A stretch of 59,626 nt of DNA, the filler included, from Jimgerdemannia flammicorona (lineage: Eukaryota), in assembly GCA_003990765.1 (NCBI GenBank). It is 3 parts of 3 records of this genome, joined end to end, with 100 filler letters (N's around TTAATTAATTAA, not from the genome) between each part and the next. Parts side by side here need not be neighbours in the genome. Positions count along the whole stretch, not along the records: positions 19,913 to 39,723 come from RBNJ01001847.1; 2 more parts are not named here. One strand, written 5' to 3'. A model generated the notes under the pieces. The model had not been told where the DNA came from and ran no database searches. It saw only the letters and a list, made by a program, of their open reading frames with translations. Positions 25,101-38,453 of the stretch are shown in pieces. Numbering within the stretch: position 1 is the first letter of the stretch; every line of letters starts with the position of its first letter. A program made the position numbers and the translations under genes.

Positions 25101-28100
25101 AATCTCAGTTGAAGGAGGAGTAATTGACTCTGATTACACCAGCGAGATCTTCCTCATAGTCAGGAATCACAACCCTACCACCCCATTTGAAGTCAAGAAG
25201 CATGATAGGATTGGTCAGATGCTGATCCACGAAATCAAGAAGTCCAAGATCATAGAAGCCATTGAACTCATCAAGACCAAGAGAGGAGAACAAGGCTTTG
25301 GATCTACTGGAAGAGGAGCCTATGCTGCCACCAAGATTACTGAACTTGAGCACAAGAAAGATAAGGACCAGAATAAGCACACATACACTATTGGAGAAAA
25401 CTTTCCCCTGGAGGAATAACTTCTCAAGATCCTGTATCAGAATGAAGGAGTACTTGCTACAGACTTCTGAGATATCCACAATCAAGAACCCAAGTACTAC
25501 CATGAAGTTGATACTAGTGATACCAAGTCCATCTACCAGAAAGCCAGACCCATACCACCTGCCTATAGAGAATGGCTGTGAGCAGAACTCAAGGAAATGG
25601 AAGAAGCTGGAATTATCAAGCAAGCTATCAGCCCCTGGGCCTCACCCATTGTCCTTGCCCTGAAGAAAGGAAGCAAGTCTGGAGAGTTTGTACCAAGACT
25701 CTGTATTGACTATAGGAAGCTCAATGCCATCACCAAGAAGGATAGGCAGCCCTTGCTGAATATTCAAGAAATCCTTACCACCCTTGGGAGTGAAGCCAAA
25801 TACTACACTACCTTGGATCTGTTCTCAGGCTTCCATCAGATTGGTCTCACTCAAGATACCAGCAAGAAACCAGCCTTCATTATACCTGATGCCACCTATA
25901 TCTACCTGTGAATGCTATTTGGAATGTACAATGCCCCAGCAAGTTTCCAGCAAATGATGAACAGAGTCTTTAGCAATGAGATTGAAAAATGGCTCTTTGT
26001 CTATATTGATGATGTGATCATCTTTAGCAACACTGCATGGGAACATATCAATTATATATAGCTAGTCCTCAAGAAGCTCAAAGAGCATGGCCTCTACATC
26101 AAGCCCAAGAAATGCAAGTTTGTAGTCCAGGAAATCACCTACCTAGGACACCTCATCAACCAGACCAGAATTCACACAGACTCCATAAAGATTGAGGCTG
26201 TTGCAACCTACCCAAGACCCAGAACAACCACAGAAGTCCATGCCTTCCTTGGACTGGCCAGCTACTACAGAAGATTCATCAAAGGATACTCCAACATTGC
26301 AGCACCCATCTATGAGCTACTGAAGAAGGAAACCAAATTTAAATGGACTAAGGAGCACCAAGAAACCTTCAATGAACTCAAGACCAGGTTGACCCAAGCA
26401 CCTATCCTCAGAAGACCAGACTGGAATCTAGAATTCATCTTGCAGACAGATGCAAGTGCTATAGGACTTGAAGCAGTCCTAGCTCAGAAGAAAGATGGAC
26501 ATAAATATGTCATCTCCTATGCAAGCCAAGGTACCTGTAGAGTAGAACAGAACTACAAGTCATGTAAGCTCAAATGCTTAGCAGTAGTTTGGGCAGTAGA
26601 TAAGTTCCACTACTACCTAGCTGAGAAATACTTTACTATTCAAACAGACCATTCTGCCCTTGCCTGGCTATTCCACACTCTGAACCCCAAAGGAATATAT
26701 GCCAGATAGATCTACAGACTACAAGAGTATGACTATACTGTCAAGCACCACTCAGAAAGAACTAATACCAATACTGATGCACTCTCAAGGACACCCTGAA
26801 ACACCCCCAACAAGACCATTCAACATGAATAAGGAGCTATACTATGGATTAATCAGCTATCTTGGGCAGTAGAAGATGCCCAACTACCTTGAACCCTGGA
26901 CAATCACCATCATCAACTGGACTTGGAAATAGTTTGAACTAGACAACACTACACTCAGAAAAGGAGGAAAGCTAGTAATACCTAAACACAAGAAGTATTA
27001 AGTAATGAATAAAGTACATGAGCAAGGATACCTAGGAGGAACCAACACATATAATAAGGCAAGAAGAACCATGTAGTGGCCCAAGATAGAAGAAGACCTG
27101 TGCCAATTTGTCAAAGGGTGTAACAAGTGCCAAAAACAGAAACAAGATCAATAAGACCAGGAACCTGGGTCATCAAGAATTGAGCCTATCCCCTTCCACC
27201 ACATTGCAATAGATATCATCAGACCACTATCAGTAACACTATCAGGAAACTACTATATTATAGTTATTGTAGACCTCTTCACCAAATAGATAGAGACAGG
27301 AGTATTACAAGAAGCCAATGCCTTCTCTATAGCTGACTTCCTGTATTAAGAAATCATCTGCTGCTACAAGACACCAAAGCAAATCACAACAGACTATGGT
27401 ACAGAATTTGTCAATAGATTCTACAAGATAATGTATCAGAAATACAAGATCCAGTACATCAAGACCACTGTGTACCACTCTCAAGGAAATGGACAGACAT
27501 AGAGAACCAACAAGACCTTCAAGAATATCCTAGCAAAGATCTCAGAGACATATGAGAATTGGGATAACTATCTCCCAACTGCCCTCTCTGTCCTATGAGA
27601 TATATGGTCACAGAGTACACACTTTACCCCAAGGGAGCTACTCTTCAGAAAAGAAGATTCTGATGGAATCTCAGCCACAAATCTAGACCTAACTTGGAGA
27701 TGGGATGATGCAGAAATCCAGAGACTATACCAAATCAGGAAGAAGACTGAAGATTACATCATCAAGTCACAAGTACTGATAAGGAAGAATGCGGAAAAGA
27801 ATCACAAGGCCCTAGAACCCATCTGAATTAGAGAAAAGGTTCTACTGTATCAAAATATGGTAGAAGCCTCATAGTCATGAAAACTGAAGCCCAAATGGGA
27901 AGGACCCTTCTATGTGCAAGATATCAAGGGAACTACCTTCTGGCTTAGAAAAATCTCAGGGACTATACTGCCTACTATGGTACATAGGAACAGACTCAAG
28001 AAGTACTATAAACCTATACAAGAGAAGTATAATGTGATGACTGCCCATGAGGTTCTAGTCTGCAAATCATAACAGCATATCCTATGGCCAGCAGGCTATC

Positions 28101-28385
28101 TGTCTGGACCATTCTCTAAGGGATACGGCACTGGCAACTACTCATCTGTAAGACTTTTGAAGTCAGAGGAGTTTGAACCATCAACTGATTGATCAAGATC
28201 AGAATTAGGCCCTTGCTCTATATGAAGGGAGCAACCCTTCACTATCATGCCAAAATACAAAGAGAAGATACCAGCCTATAAATACCACTTTTTGACCTCT
28301 TGCCAGAGGTTATGGGATTAGCAAATTTTTCAAGACTGGACCAATGAATAAGGATGCTCAAGAAGATCCTTATTCAGGAGGAAGA

Positions 28386-29822
28386 TGTAATAGTGACCTC
28401 AGAAATGATGACATCAGCAATGGAGACAGTCTTTCCTTGTAAGCCACCAGATTGGAGCACAAGAAGATTATACAGTATATGAGATAAGCAATAATGACTA
28501 ACTGTGAGTCATTGTGACCACAGTACAAGCATCCTGAGGAATATAAAAGAAGGATCAAGGAACTACAGTAACAGTAACCAACAAGACCCACTAATCCCAA
28601 AATAGCTTAAAGACTTACTATAAACAAAATGCCTGCTGCCCACTAAACCTCAAGGTCAAGGAATCACCAAGATATCTCAGTCAAGGAGAGAATGTTCTAA
28701 GACATCAGAAGAGCTATAAGGACCTGCTCAAGAAGAACTCCTAGTATCAACCTGGGTACTGGTGACTCTTATCATTATATCCTCTACTATCATAAAATGG
28801 AAACAAGAATCGCTATTGCCACCAAATACCTCCAAATGTGGCAGGAGTATGAAATAGGAAACCTCCTCTGTCAGGAGTTTCCATAGGCCAGCACTCAAGA
28901 GCTATAAGATGCCACTCCTATGGATATATATGAAATGAGAACAGCTAAGAAGATCCATCAGATCTTCAGACATGCACCATGGTCAATCCCCAACTTGGAG
29001 TATGTTAGAGTCTCAGATTTCAGAGACCTATCATCCCACCATATCAATATACTAGAAGCCAGAGTGGCTACAGAAGCCCAGTCCACCATCACCCTCAATA
29101 GTGATGAAGTAGAAGACTTCTGGCATCCTATCCTTCAGGACAACCCAGACCAATTCCTGCAAGGATTGATCTCAGTATTCTAAGGCTCAAGTATCCAGAT
29201 TAGACCTCTCCAAGACCCCATATTTATTCCCTATTTTGTGGAAGAGAATCTCATAGACTGGAGAGCTTCAGATCTCCTTGTTCCCATCACCGCCAAATGT
29301 AATGATGTCATAGCAATGATATCGTCCCATGTAATATCAAAGCACATGAAACGTATAATATACAAGATGCATGACCTATGTAACAATGACAATGAATTTG
29401 CTGATCTCATCTCCTTCAGTGACAACAAGGATGAAGCCCTCATGATTTTGAACTTTCTACTCTAAGTTCTTTATTACACTGAATAATGCCAGCACTGGTA
29501 TTCTGAGGTGACGTGAATTTGTACCAGCACTGGCATTTCGAGGTAGCACTAAATAATACCAGCACCAGTATTCTGATGTAATACTGAATTATACCAGCAT
29601 CTTGAACCTATACAACCATCAGTTCTGGTTTCACTTATATACACTTCCTTGCAAGCAATCTAAGAGATAACAAGACAGTTAAAGATAAGAAGTTTGAGAA
29701 CTATAAGATCTTAGGAAGGCACTCCAATAAGAACTTGCTTATAACAAACTTGAGTTAGTCTAAGAGATACACCTTGAAGAGAATCTGGTATATTTAAAGG
29801 ACTCAGTAACCACTATGTGACA
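28386..29822 (+). repeat. 3' LTR of element B (about 1.44 kb, contains a decayed ORF)
   Basis: Begins TGTAATAG right after purine tract AGGAGGAAGA and ends CTATGTGACA; both termini and the PPT resemble those of family C LTRs. Confidence 0.7.
28629..29465 (+). pseudogene. Decayed accessory ORF (about 279 codons) of element B, unknown function
   Basis: Single frame from ATG 28629 to TAA 29465 joining ORFs 28920-29183 and 29238-29465; internal stops are all TAA/TAG, compatible with C>T decay. Confidence 0.65.
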
Positions 29823-31348
29823 ATGTCAATAAAAATAAAAGAGAAGTTATTTATGAAAAAGGAGAATAAGTATTACTCAGTATCTAGTATCTGACTCTGA
29901 ATAATATAGACTCTAAAAAGAAGCTTAGACTCTACTATATTGGACCATTCAAGATCCTTAAAAAATATAAACTTGTTCATATAAGTTAGACCTCTCAACA
30001 ATACTAAAAGAATTTACCCAGTATTTTATATATCTCAACTTCAGTCATATATACTAAATATCTTTGAAGAAAGAACTGTGTTACCTCCAGATCTAGTAAT
30101 TATTTATCAGTAATCAGAATATAAAATAGACTACACTTAGATCACAAGAATTACTGATTTGGATAAGCTACCAAGCCCACTCAGTACTATCTTATAAAAT
30201 GGAAAGAATATTCTAACTATAATACTATCTGAGAAATAGAAGATAATCTTTTACCAAGTAGTAACTTAATACAGATATCTGATATAATGAAAATTCTGAT
30301 AGAATTTCCAAAAGACAGTTATATCTCTAAATATCCCTAATGAAGAGAGGTATAAATATTCTAAAATAATCTCATATAAATAACTTACTCTCAATATAAA
30401 TACCTAGTAATAATACTAAGAACAAACTAAGAATAAGATTGCTACTACTATTCTTATAGCTATCAATACTAATAGAATTCTACTAAACTACTTTTTGTCA
30501 ATATATAAATCTCTAAAGATCTAGATCTAAATAAAGCTCAACAATATCTTAGAAGGATCTAATATTTCCAGACTTTTTACTACTAATAAAAATTAAAGGA
30601 GTACTATAAGATAGAATATCTTATTTATCAATAAGCTACTCTCAGTGCTACCAAATAATGAGTCCACCTTTTTATTAATAACCATATCTATATTATTATC
30701 AAAAGACTCTATATTCTTTTCTGCACCTAACTATAAGTCCTTCACTACCTCTGTAGAGTATCTTCTAAGAATATTGTTAATTTAAATGATGAATAATAAA
30801 GTGATATTGTTTTTCAAGTAGTCTAGTATACTGCTCTTCAGTTTGAAAAGTATCTGGAGTTTAGTGCTAAGTCTAATAAATAGACTCAGATAAAGAAGAG
30901 AAGAATGTAATAAATTATTACATATATATCTACAAAGCTGCTGGAATTTCTAATAGAAAATTCTATGGAAATTTCTATAGAATTTTTTATAAAAATTTCA
31001 ACTAACAATCATAGTTATCTAAAATAGTATAAATATATAGATATATCTAGTATACTATATTTAGTTATAGTCTCAAATATGTATAAATACTCTCTATACT
31101 GATTTTGTTATAATCTCAGCTCTACTTTCTCTGAATTCAAGAATAAAGTAACATTCTTATTACAAAACTCTCAGATCTGACTTATTAACAATTCTAAGTC
31201 TGATCAACTTGGAATACAAGTATGGCACTTCTATCTATATAAAAATCTGAAAGCAATATCTGAACTCTACTATAACAGATAATTGGAACTCAGTACTTTC
31301 TCACAAAGACTTAGAACTTAGGACCAATAGTTAGTTGAATTATTCACA
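29823..31348 (+). mobile_element. Very decayed chromovirus 3' end F (integrase GPF module, chromodomain, PPT, LTR), host of element B
   Basis: YIGPFKI at about 29936, YLIKWKEYSNYNT at about 30188, purine tract then TGTAAT at about 30906. Confidence 0.65.
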
Positions 31349-31382
31349 ATATATTAATTCTATTAGTATATAGTTTTATTAT

Positions 31383-32789
31383 TGTAACATAGTAGATGTA
31401 TAACTATAGAAGTATGTTGGATTTCAGTATCTTAGAAACTTGATCTTCTTTGACTCTGCAGAGTCCTCAGGATGTAAGAGTGGGTAAGTTTAAAGTATAT
31501 CTACCTATAGACTTACTAGTTCTTTTGCTTTTTCTTTACTTTGAACTATTTTGATCTGAGGTTTATTTACTCTAGATACTGGGGATTTATATAAGTTTGC
31601 TAGCTATAGGGTGGCTAAATTATAACTATATTTCCTGTGAGTTACTTTTCATAAGTATTAAACTTTTAACATTTGCTAAAACTTTGACAATTGCCAAAAG
31701 TTTAATATCTGCAAAATCTTCAACATCTGTAAAGAGTTTAACATTTGTAAAAACTTTAACAGTTGTGAAATAACAATAACTGCTATTTGTAAGATTATAC
31801 TATATTAGAAATTGAGTTCAGATACTATGGTAAAATGTCTAATTTCCTTGATTTATATTTCTAATTCAGATCAACTATTACAACTTCCTCCTAAATAAGT
31901 AATTTATCTCTGAAATATCCCATTCAAACTCCCAAACTTCTATGATTTGTATCTTTTTATATTGTGTGATTTGTATTATTACATACTTCCAGTAGTATCT
32001 TTTAATATATCTAAAGTCTCCTGAGACTACTCTATGAAGATGGGCTAGAGCTGGCTCATCATTCTTGAACATCTTGTTGACTTGTTTGGTAGTTGTAATC
32101 TGAGTATGAGAGAGCTAGCACTCTCTAATCTAGTCTTCTTTTCCCATGTCTAGTCATGAGTTTAGTAGCTATCTCAATTTGAAGTATTCTTTAAACTTAA
32201 TTTGGTTCTAGTAGACTTTGAAGTGTGAGATTTATGACAAGTGTGTCTGAACTATACTCTATATACTGTCAAAGGATTCTTCTATAGTTGGTAGCTCAGT
32301 AGTATACCATAGTCTTTCTATAGCTCACTATGCAGCACTGATGATCTTGAGGGCTGTAGTAGTACTTTATTGATTAGCCATAATACTTTTTGAGTTAGTT
32401 TTGATGAATAGTAGTAGAGGTGATTGTGTCTGAGAGTTTTTGTAGCCAAAAGGTGGTTTTTTTTATATCTTATATCAGGTAAGGTTCTTCCTACTTAGGT
32501 TCCAGTTTTTATGACCATAAAGCTTCTACTATGTTCTGATATATTAAGACTTTGTCTCCTATCTTGATAATCTCTAGGGGCTTGAAAATCTTTTCTGTAT
32601 TATTTCATTATAGTATCTGTACCTTGGTTATATAATTCTTGGCCTTGTTCCTGATTTGGTATAGTCTTTATATCTCTGTATCTATATATATATTTCCATA
32701 TAGTATCTCTATTAGACAATAGGGTTCCTTGAGAACTTTCTTCTCTGAACAGCATCTCTTGAGGAATGAAATGAATACTTTATAACTAG
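31383..32789 (-). mobile_element. 3' fragment of Ty3/gypsy element C2 (LTR 31383-31882, PPT, accessory ORF, integrase C-terminus)
   Basis: Colinear diverged copy of 32790-34150. Confidence 0.85.
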
Positions 32790-35700
32790 TATAATATAGT
32801 GGATGCTTAACCTTGGAAGTATGTCAGATTTCTATATCTTGAAAACTTAATCTTCTTTGACTCTGCAGAGTCTTTAGATGCAGAGGGGTGAGTTTGAAGT
32901 ATATCTGCCTACAGACTTACTAGTTTCTTTGCTTTCTCTTTGCTTTAAACTATTTCAATCTGAGGTTTATTCACTCTAAGATACTGGGTTATTTATACAA
33001 GTTTGCTAGCTATAAGGTGGCTAAGTAATGAGTCATTTTCTGCAAGTATTAGATCTTTTAACATCTGCTAGGATTTCACTGATTACCAATTTTCTAACAT
33101 CTCCTGAATATTTGCAAATGTTAAAGTTTCTGCACTTTGCAGAATATGACTGCTATTTGTGTGGCTATACTATATCAGAAATTGGATTCAGATACTGCAA
33201 TCAAAATGTCTAATTCTCCTGATTCATATTACTAATTCAGATCAACTATCACAACTTCCTCCTGAATAGGTAATTCATCTCTGAAATATCCTATTCACTC
33301 AAACTCCCAGACTTTTACAATTTGTATCTCCTTGTACTATGCAATTTGTGCTATTACATTCTGCCAGTATTATCTCCTAATATATCCAAATTCTCCTTGA
33401 GTTATCTCTCAGAAATGAGCTAGAGCTGGCTCATCATCCTTGAATAACTTATGCACTCTCTTGGCAATTGTGATCTGAGTGTAAGAGAGCTGACATTCTC
33501 TGATCCAGTCTTCTTTTCCCATTTTTGACTTTGAATTCAGTAGTTGTCCTAGCCTGAAGTATTCCTGAAACTTGGTTCAGTTCTGGTAGGCCTTGAAGTG
33601 TGAAATTTATAACAAGTGGATCTGGACTATACTCTGGATACTATCAAAGGATTCCTCTATTGTGGGTGACTCAGCAGAACACCACTGTCTTTCTATGGCT
33701 TATTGGGCAGCACTTGTGATCTTGAGGGCAGCTGCATTACTTTATTGACTGCTCATAATACTTCTTGAGTCAGTTTTGGTAAATAGTAGTGGGGATGATT
33801 GTGCCTGAGAGTTTTTGTAGCTAAAAGGTGGTTTCTTTTATATCTTGTACAAGGTAAGGTCCTTCCCACTTAGGCTTCAGTTTTCATGACCATGAAGCTT
33901 CTATCATATTCCGATATACCAGGACTTTGTCTCCTATCTTGATAATCTTCAGAGGCTTGTGAATTTTTTTCACATTATTCCATTGTAGTATCTGCGCCTT
34001 GTTTATGTAATCTTCAGCCTTCTTCCTGATTTGGTGTAGTTTTCATATCTCCATATCCATGTGTTTCCATACAGCATCTCTATTGGATGATAGGGTTTCT
34101 TTTCTCCAAATAGCATTTCTTGAGGGGTAAAGTGGGTGCTTTGTGATCAGATATCTTGAAGAGCAGATAATGCTATTGGCAGATAGTGATCCCAGTTTTC
34201 ATAGTTATTACAGATCTTAGTGATAACATTCTTGAGAGTCTTGTTAGTCCTTTTCACCTGTCTATTTCCTTGAGGGTGATAGGCTGTGGTCTGAATATGC
34301 TAAATCTTGTACTTCTTGTAAAGAACCTCAAAGAACTGATTCATGAATTCTGTTCCTCTGTCTGTGGTTACTTACATTGGGGTCTTGAATTGGCAGATGA
34401 TTTCTTTGTAGAAGAAATCAGCAATTAACTGTGCATTGGCTTCTTTGAGGGGTCCTGCCTCTATCCATTTTATGAAGAGGTCTACAATGACAATGATGTA
34501 TCAGTTGCCAGGGTAGAGGGCCAATTACATCTATTGCAATGTAGGTAAATGGTGCTGGTTCTATATGTGATCATCTTAGGACTTAATTTCATTGATCTTG
34601 TTTCTGCTTCTGGCATTTGTCACATATCTTGACAAATTGTCTAATATCTTCCCCCATTCCTGGCCACTACATTTTTCTTCTTGCTTTATCATATGTATTG
34701 GTTCCTCCTAGATGGCCAAGTTTATGTACTGATTTCATTGCTTACTCCTTCTTGTGTTCTGGTATAACTAGTAGTTTTCCTTTCTTCAGTGTTTCTCCAT
34801 TAGTCTCAAATTGTTTTTATGTTCTATTGATAATCATTTGAGTCCATTCTTTTAGATATTGGGGCATCCTTTGCTGTCTCAGGTATGTGATGATTCTATA
34901 GTAGAGTTCTTTATTCATAATTGATTTGCTGGTTGGGAGTCCTTCAGAGTATCTGTGAGAGAGTATCTACATTGGCATTGGTTCTTTCTGGGCAGTGCAC
35001 AATGGTTATATCATATGCTTGTATGTAACTTCATGATCCATCTGGCATAGATTCCTTTGGGTTGCCCAGTGATCAGTAGTCAAGTGAGGGCTGAGTAGTC
35101 TATCTGAATGGTGAAGTGTCTTCTAGCAAGATAGTAGTGAAACTTTTCTACTACCCAGATGACTGCGAGGCACTCCAACTTGTATAATTTATATTTCTTT
35201 TCAGCTCCTCAGGTTCTATGGCTGAGGTATGTAATGACATACTCTACTTTGTCTTTCTTTTGAGCTAGGACTGCTCCTAGTCCTTGTGCACTTGTATCTG
35301 TCTGAAGGATGAATTCTTGGGTCCAGTCTGGTCTTCTAAGGATGGGTGCTTGGGTCAGTCTGACCTTGAGCTCATCGAATGCTTGTTGCTGCCTGCCCAT
35401 CTATTGGAATTTGATGTCCTTTTTGTTTAGTTCATAGATTGGGCTTATGATGTTGGAAAATCCTCTAATAAATCTATGATAATAGGAGGTGAGTCCCATG
35501 AAGGCTTGGGCTTCAGTAATGGTAATAGGTCTTGGGTATACTGCTACTGCTTATATCTTAAGAGGGTTCATATATGTTCCATCTTGATTGATGACATGAC
35601 CAAGATAGGAGATCTCAATTTCTGCAAACTTGCATTTCTTGGGCTTGATGTAAAGACCATGTTCTCTTAGCTTCTCTATTATCTGCTGGATATGCTGCAG

Positions 35701-37167
35701 ATATTCTTCAGCTGTCTTACTATAGATGATTACATTATCTATGTAAACTATCATCTATCTTTCTATATTATAGTGGAAGATTTTGTTCATCATTTGCTGG
35801 AAGCTTGCTGGTACATTGCACATTCCAAATGGCATTTACAGATAGATGTAGGTTCCATCTAGAGTTATGAAGGATGACCTTTTACTTGCTGCTTCAGTGA
35901 GACCAATTTGATAGAATCCTGAGTATAAGTCCAAGGTACTGTAATACTGTACTTCATCTCCTAGAGTTACAAGAATGTCACTGATAAGGGGCAGTGGTTG
36001 GCAATCTTTCTTAGTAATCAGATTGAGTTTTCTGTAATCAGTGCAGAGTCTTGGGGTGAATTCTCCTAGCTTGCTTCCTTTTTTCAGAGCTAATACAACT
36101 GGTGGAGCCTAAGGGCTGCTGGCTTCTTTGATACTGGCTTCTTCCATCTGCTTGATTTCTTCCCTAAGCCATTCATAGTAGACTGGTGGAATGGATCTTG
36201 CCTTCTGATAAATTGATTTGGTGTCTCCTGTGTCTACATCATGATAGTAGTATGGGGTCTTTCCTTTGATGTCTCTGAAATCTATGGCAAGGACATCCTC
36301 GAATTCATAAAGTATCTTCTTGAGTTTCTTCTTGAGTGGAAACTCATTTCTGATGATATAGCTATGCTTGTTTGTAGTTTCCTCCTTCTTGTGATCCAGT
36401 TTGGTGATCTTGGTGCTAGTGAATACTTCTCTTTCTATGGATCCAAATCCTTTTCTTCCTCTTTCTGTTTCCTCCAACTTCTTGACTTCCATGATCCTTG
36501 GCTGAAGAACTGGGAGGATCAACATCTGTGCCAGTTGGTCCTTCTTCTTGATTGGAAATAGAATTGTAGAATTGTGATTTCTAGCAATAAGTAGTATTTC
36601 TCCAATGTAATTGGAATTAATAACTCCTCCTTCAATTGTGATTTCACTCCTAGCCAGGCTGCTTCTTGTCTTGAGGATTCTGATATAGTCTTTTGAAATG
36701 GTCATTTTCAGACCAGTTACTAGTAGGGTGGTTGTCTGGGGTTCCAGTACAGTTTCCTCTACTGTGGCAATATCCATTCCAGCTGCATTTTCTGACTTGT
36801 ATTCTGATAAGACTGCATCAGAATGAATCTTCTGAATCTTGATCTTGATTTCCCCTTCTTCATCACTATCTTCAAGGAGGGCTGGTGGTTCATAATCTTC
36901 TTTCTCTATTCTCTTCTCTTCTCTTGCTTGTTTCCCAAGGGCCTTCTCTCTTCTTTGGTGGTAGATTTCCTTAATTTTACTGGTGCACTGATAATACTTA
37001 TTGATATGCTCCATACAGTACATTCAGATCCCATGGGGGCAGACTTCTTGTAGTGTATATCCTTTTGCGATCTTTTTGCACTATTCTTCTTTACTCATCT
37101 ATTCAACTTTCTTCTTCTTTTTCTGAGTGGTCACCATGTAGGCTTCCTCTTATTTGCTCTCTTGTTC
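32790..37167 (-). mobile_element. Ty3/gypsy element C1 (dUTPase-RT-RH / IN, accessory ORF, 3' LTR 32790-33253), relative of B, 5' part missing
   Basis: dUTPase (AGMDI, TRSSLA, GGVINSNYIGE, RGRKGFGS), VYIDNV, LQTDTS, GHLG..CDKCQ; PPT 33254-33263; colinear with B. Confidence 0.9.
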
Positions 37168-38450
37168 TGTAAGTATACAACCTCCAAGCTACTGAAATCA
37201 CATGTCACCCTCCAAACAAATCTGGAAATCACCTGCTTGATCACAAAGCTGAGTCAAACCAAAGTTATAGTATATGTATAAAGCTGAGTCAATATGAAGT
37301 CACAGAACACAAGATTTACACAAACAGAATCTAACCAATTAGGACCAAATGCATATATACTGAGCACCAAGATGTGTTGAAACAGAGAACCAAAACAAAC
37401 AACAACTACAACTTCTGAACATATACAAACATGACTACTGAGATCTACAACTATATCTGTGCTGATATTTGGAATACCATTGTCAACCAAGCCACACCCT
37501 CTCTACCCCTCATGAATATCTATAGTCTAGCACCCCTCTACTTTATGAAAGCCTGATGGAATGCCCTGAACATACTTAGTAAGGCCCACCAAATCAGACA
37601 AATCTCAAGCTACTATCAGATCAGCCACCTCCTAGAAGACATGATCAAACACCATCATAATACAGACATTACTCAGATGTCTCAACACCAGAAGCTCATT
37701 GCCTACAAACACAGAGAACTCTTCTATGAGTACAGCACCTTTATTCTCTGCCTTTGAGTCACTACCACTGAAATGGTTACTACTCTATCCTATGGCCAAA
37801 TCAATGACATGATACAAGAACTCAACCACAAGTACATTGAGTACATTCAGACCATAGACAGAACCTTCCTGCACTCTGATGACCAGATCCTGCAAATGCC
37901 TCAAGTTGAATATATCATGAAGAATATCTATGATATAATTCAATTTAATAAAGATGATACCAATATGACCTCAAGCCAAGGATCTCTGCCAACTCTGATC
38001 ACACCGCCAACCTTGCCAATGAACTTACAACAGTTCATAACCACATACAAGACTTATTGAGATAATGACCACTGGCATGAATACTAACCTGTGTTCACCC
38101 CCAATTACTTCAACTACAATGAAGAGACTAGAGAACACAACCTGTACCTTCAGACAACTCTCGAGATCAAACCAACCACTTCACCACCCAAGTATGAGCA
38201 ATATAAACCACAGCCACCAGCTTACTACAACCCCATGACTCATAGTGCTATAACCTATAGAAGGTATACAGACAGCGAATCTAATGAAAGTGAAGATGAT
38301 ATACCACTCCTTCACCTACCAACTCTATATCCAGCATATGAGACAGATGATGCTATTTTATGGGATGGTAATAAAGTCCCAATGTATTCAGGGCATCTCT
38401 CTCCAATACAATTCGCATTACACAAACTTCAAGCAATGGTTTTATATACA
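37168..38450 (+). mobile_element. Element D: probable LTR-like insert carrying a decayed accessory ORF (from ATG 37431)
   Basis: Abrupt TGTAAG start interrupting C1; one frame from 37431 joins ORFs 37773 and 38091; motif pattern shared with B and C accessory ORFs. Confidence 0.5.
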
Positions 38451-38453
38451 ACT

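Larger units (their letters stand above)
22154..29822 (+). mobile_element. Ty3/gypsy LTR retrotransposon B, decayed (gag-PR-dUTPase-RT-RH / IN; long LTR)
   Basis: Partial 5' LTR 22154-22716 matches 29380-29822; PBS TGGTGCCCATTG at 22720; IIDTG protease, five dUTPase motifs, CIDYRKLN and VYIDDV RT, LQTDAS RNase H, HHCC integrase; PPT 28376-28385; many transition-derived stops. Confidence 0.92.

Noticed and set aside
28040..28385. Possible extra ORF between B integrase and the PPT
   Set aside because: All three frames contain stops and no frame could be favoured
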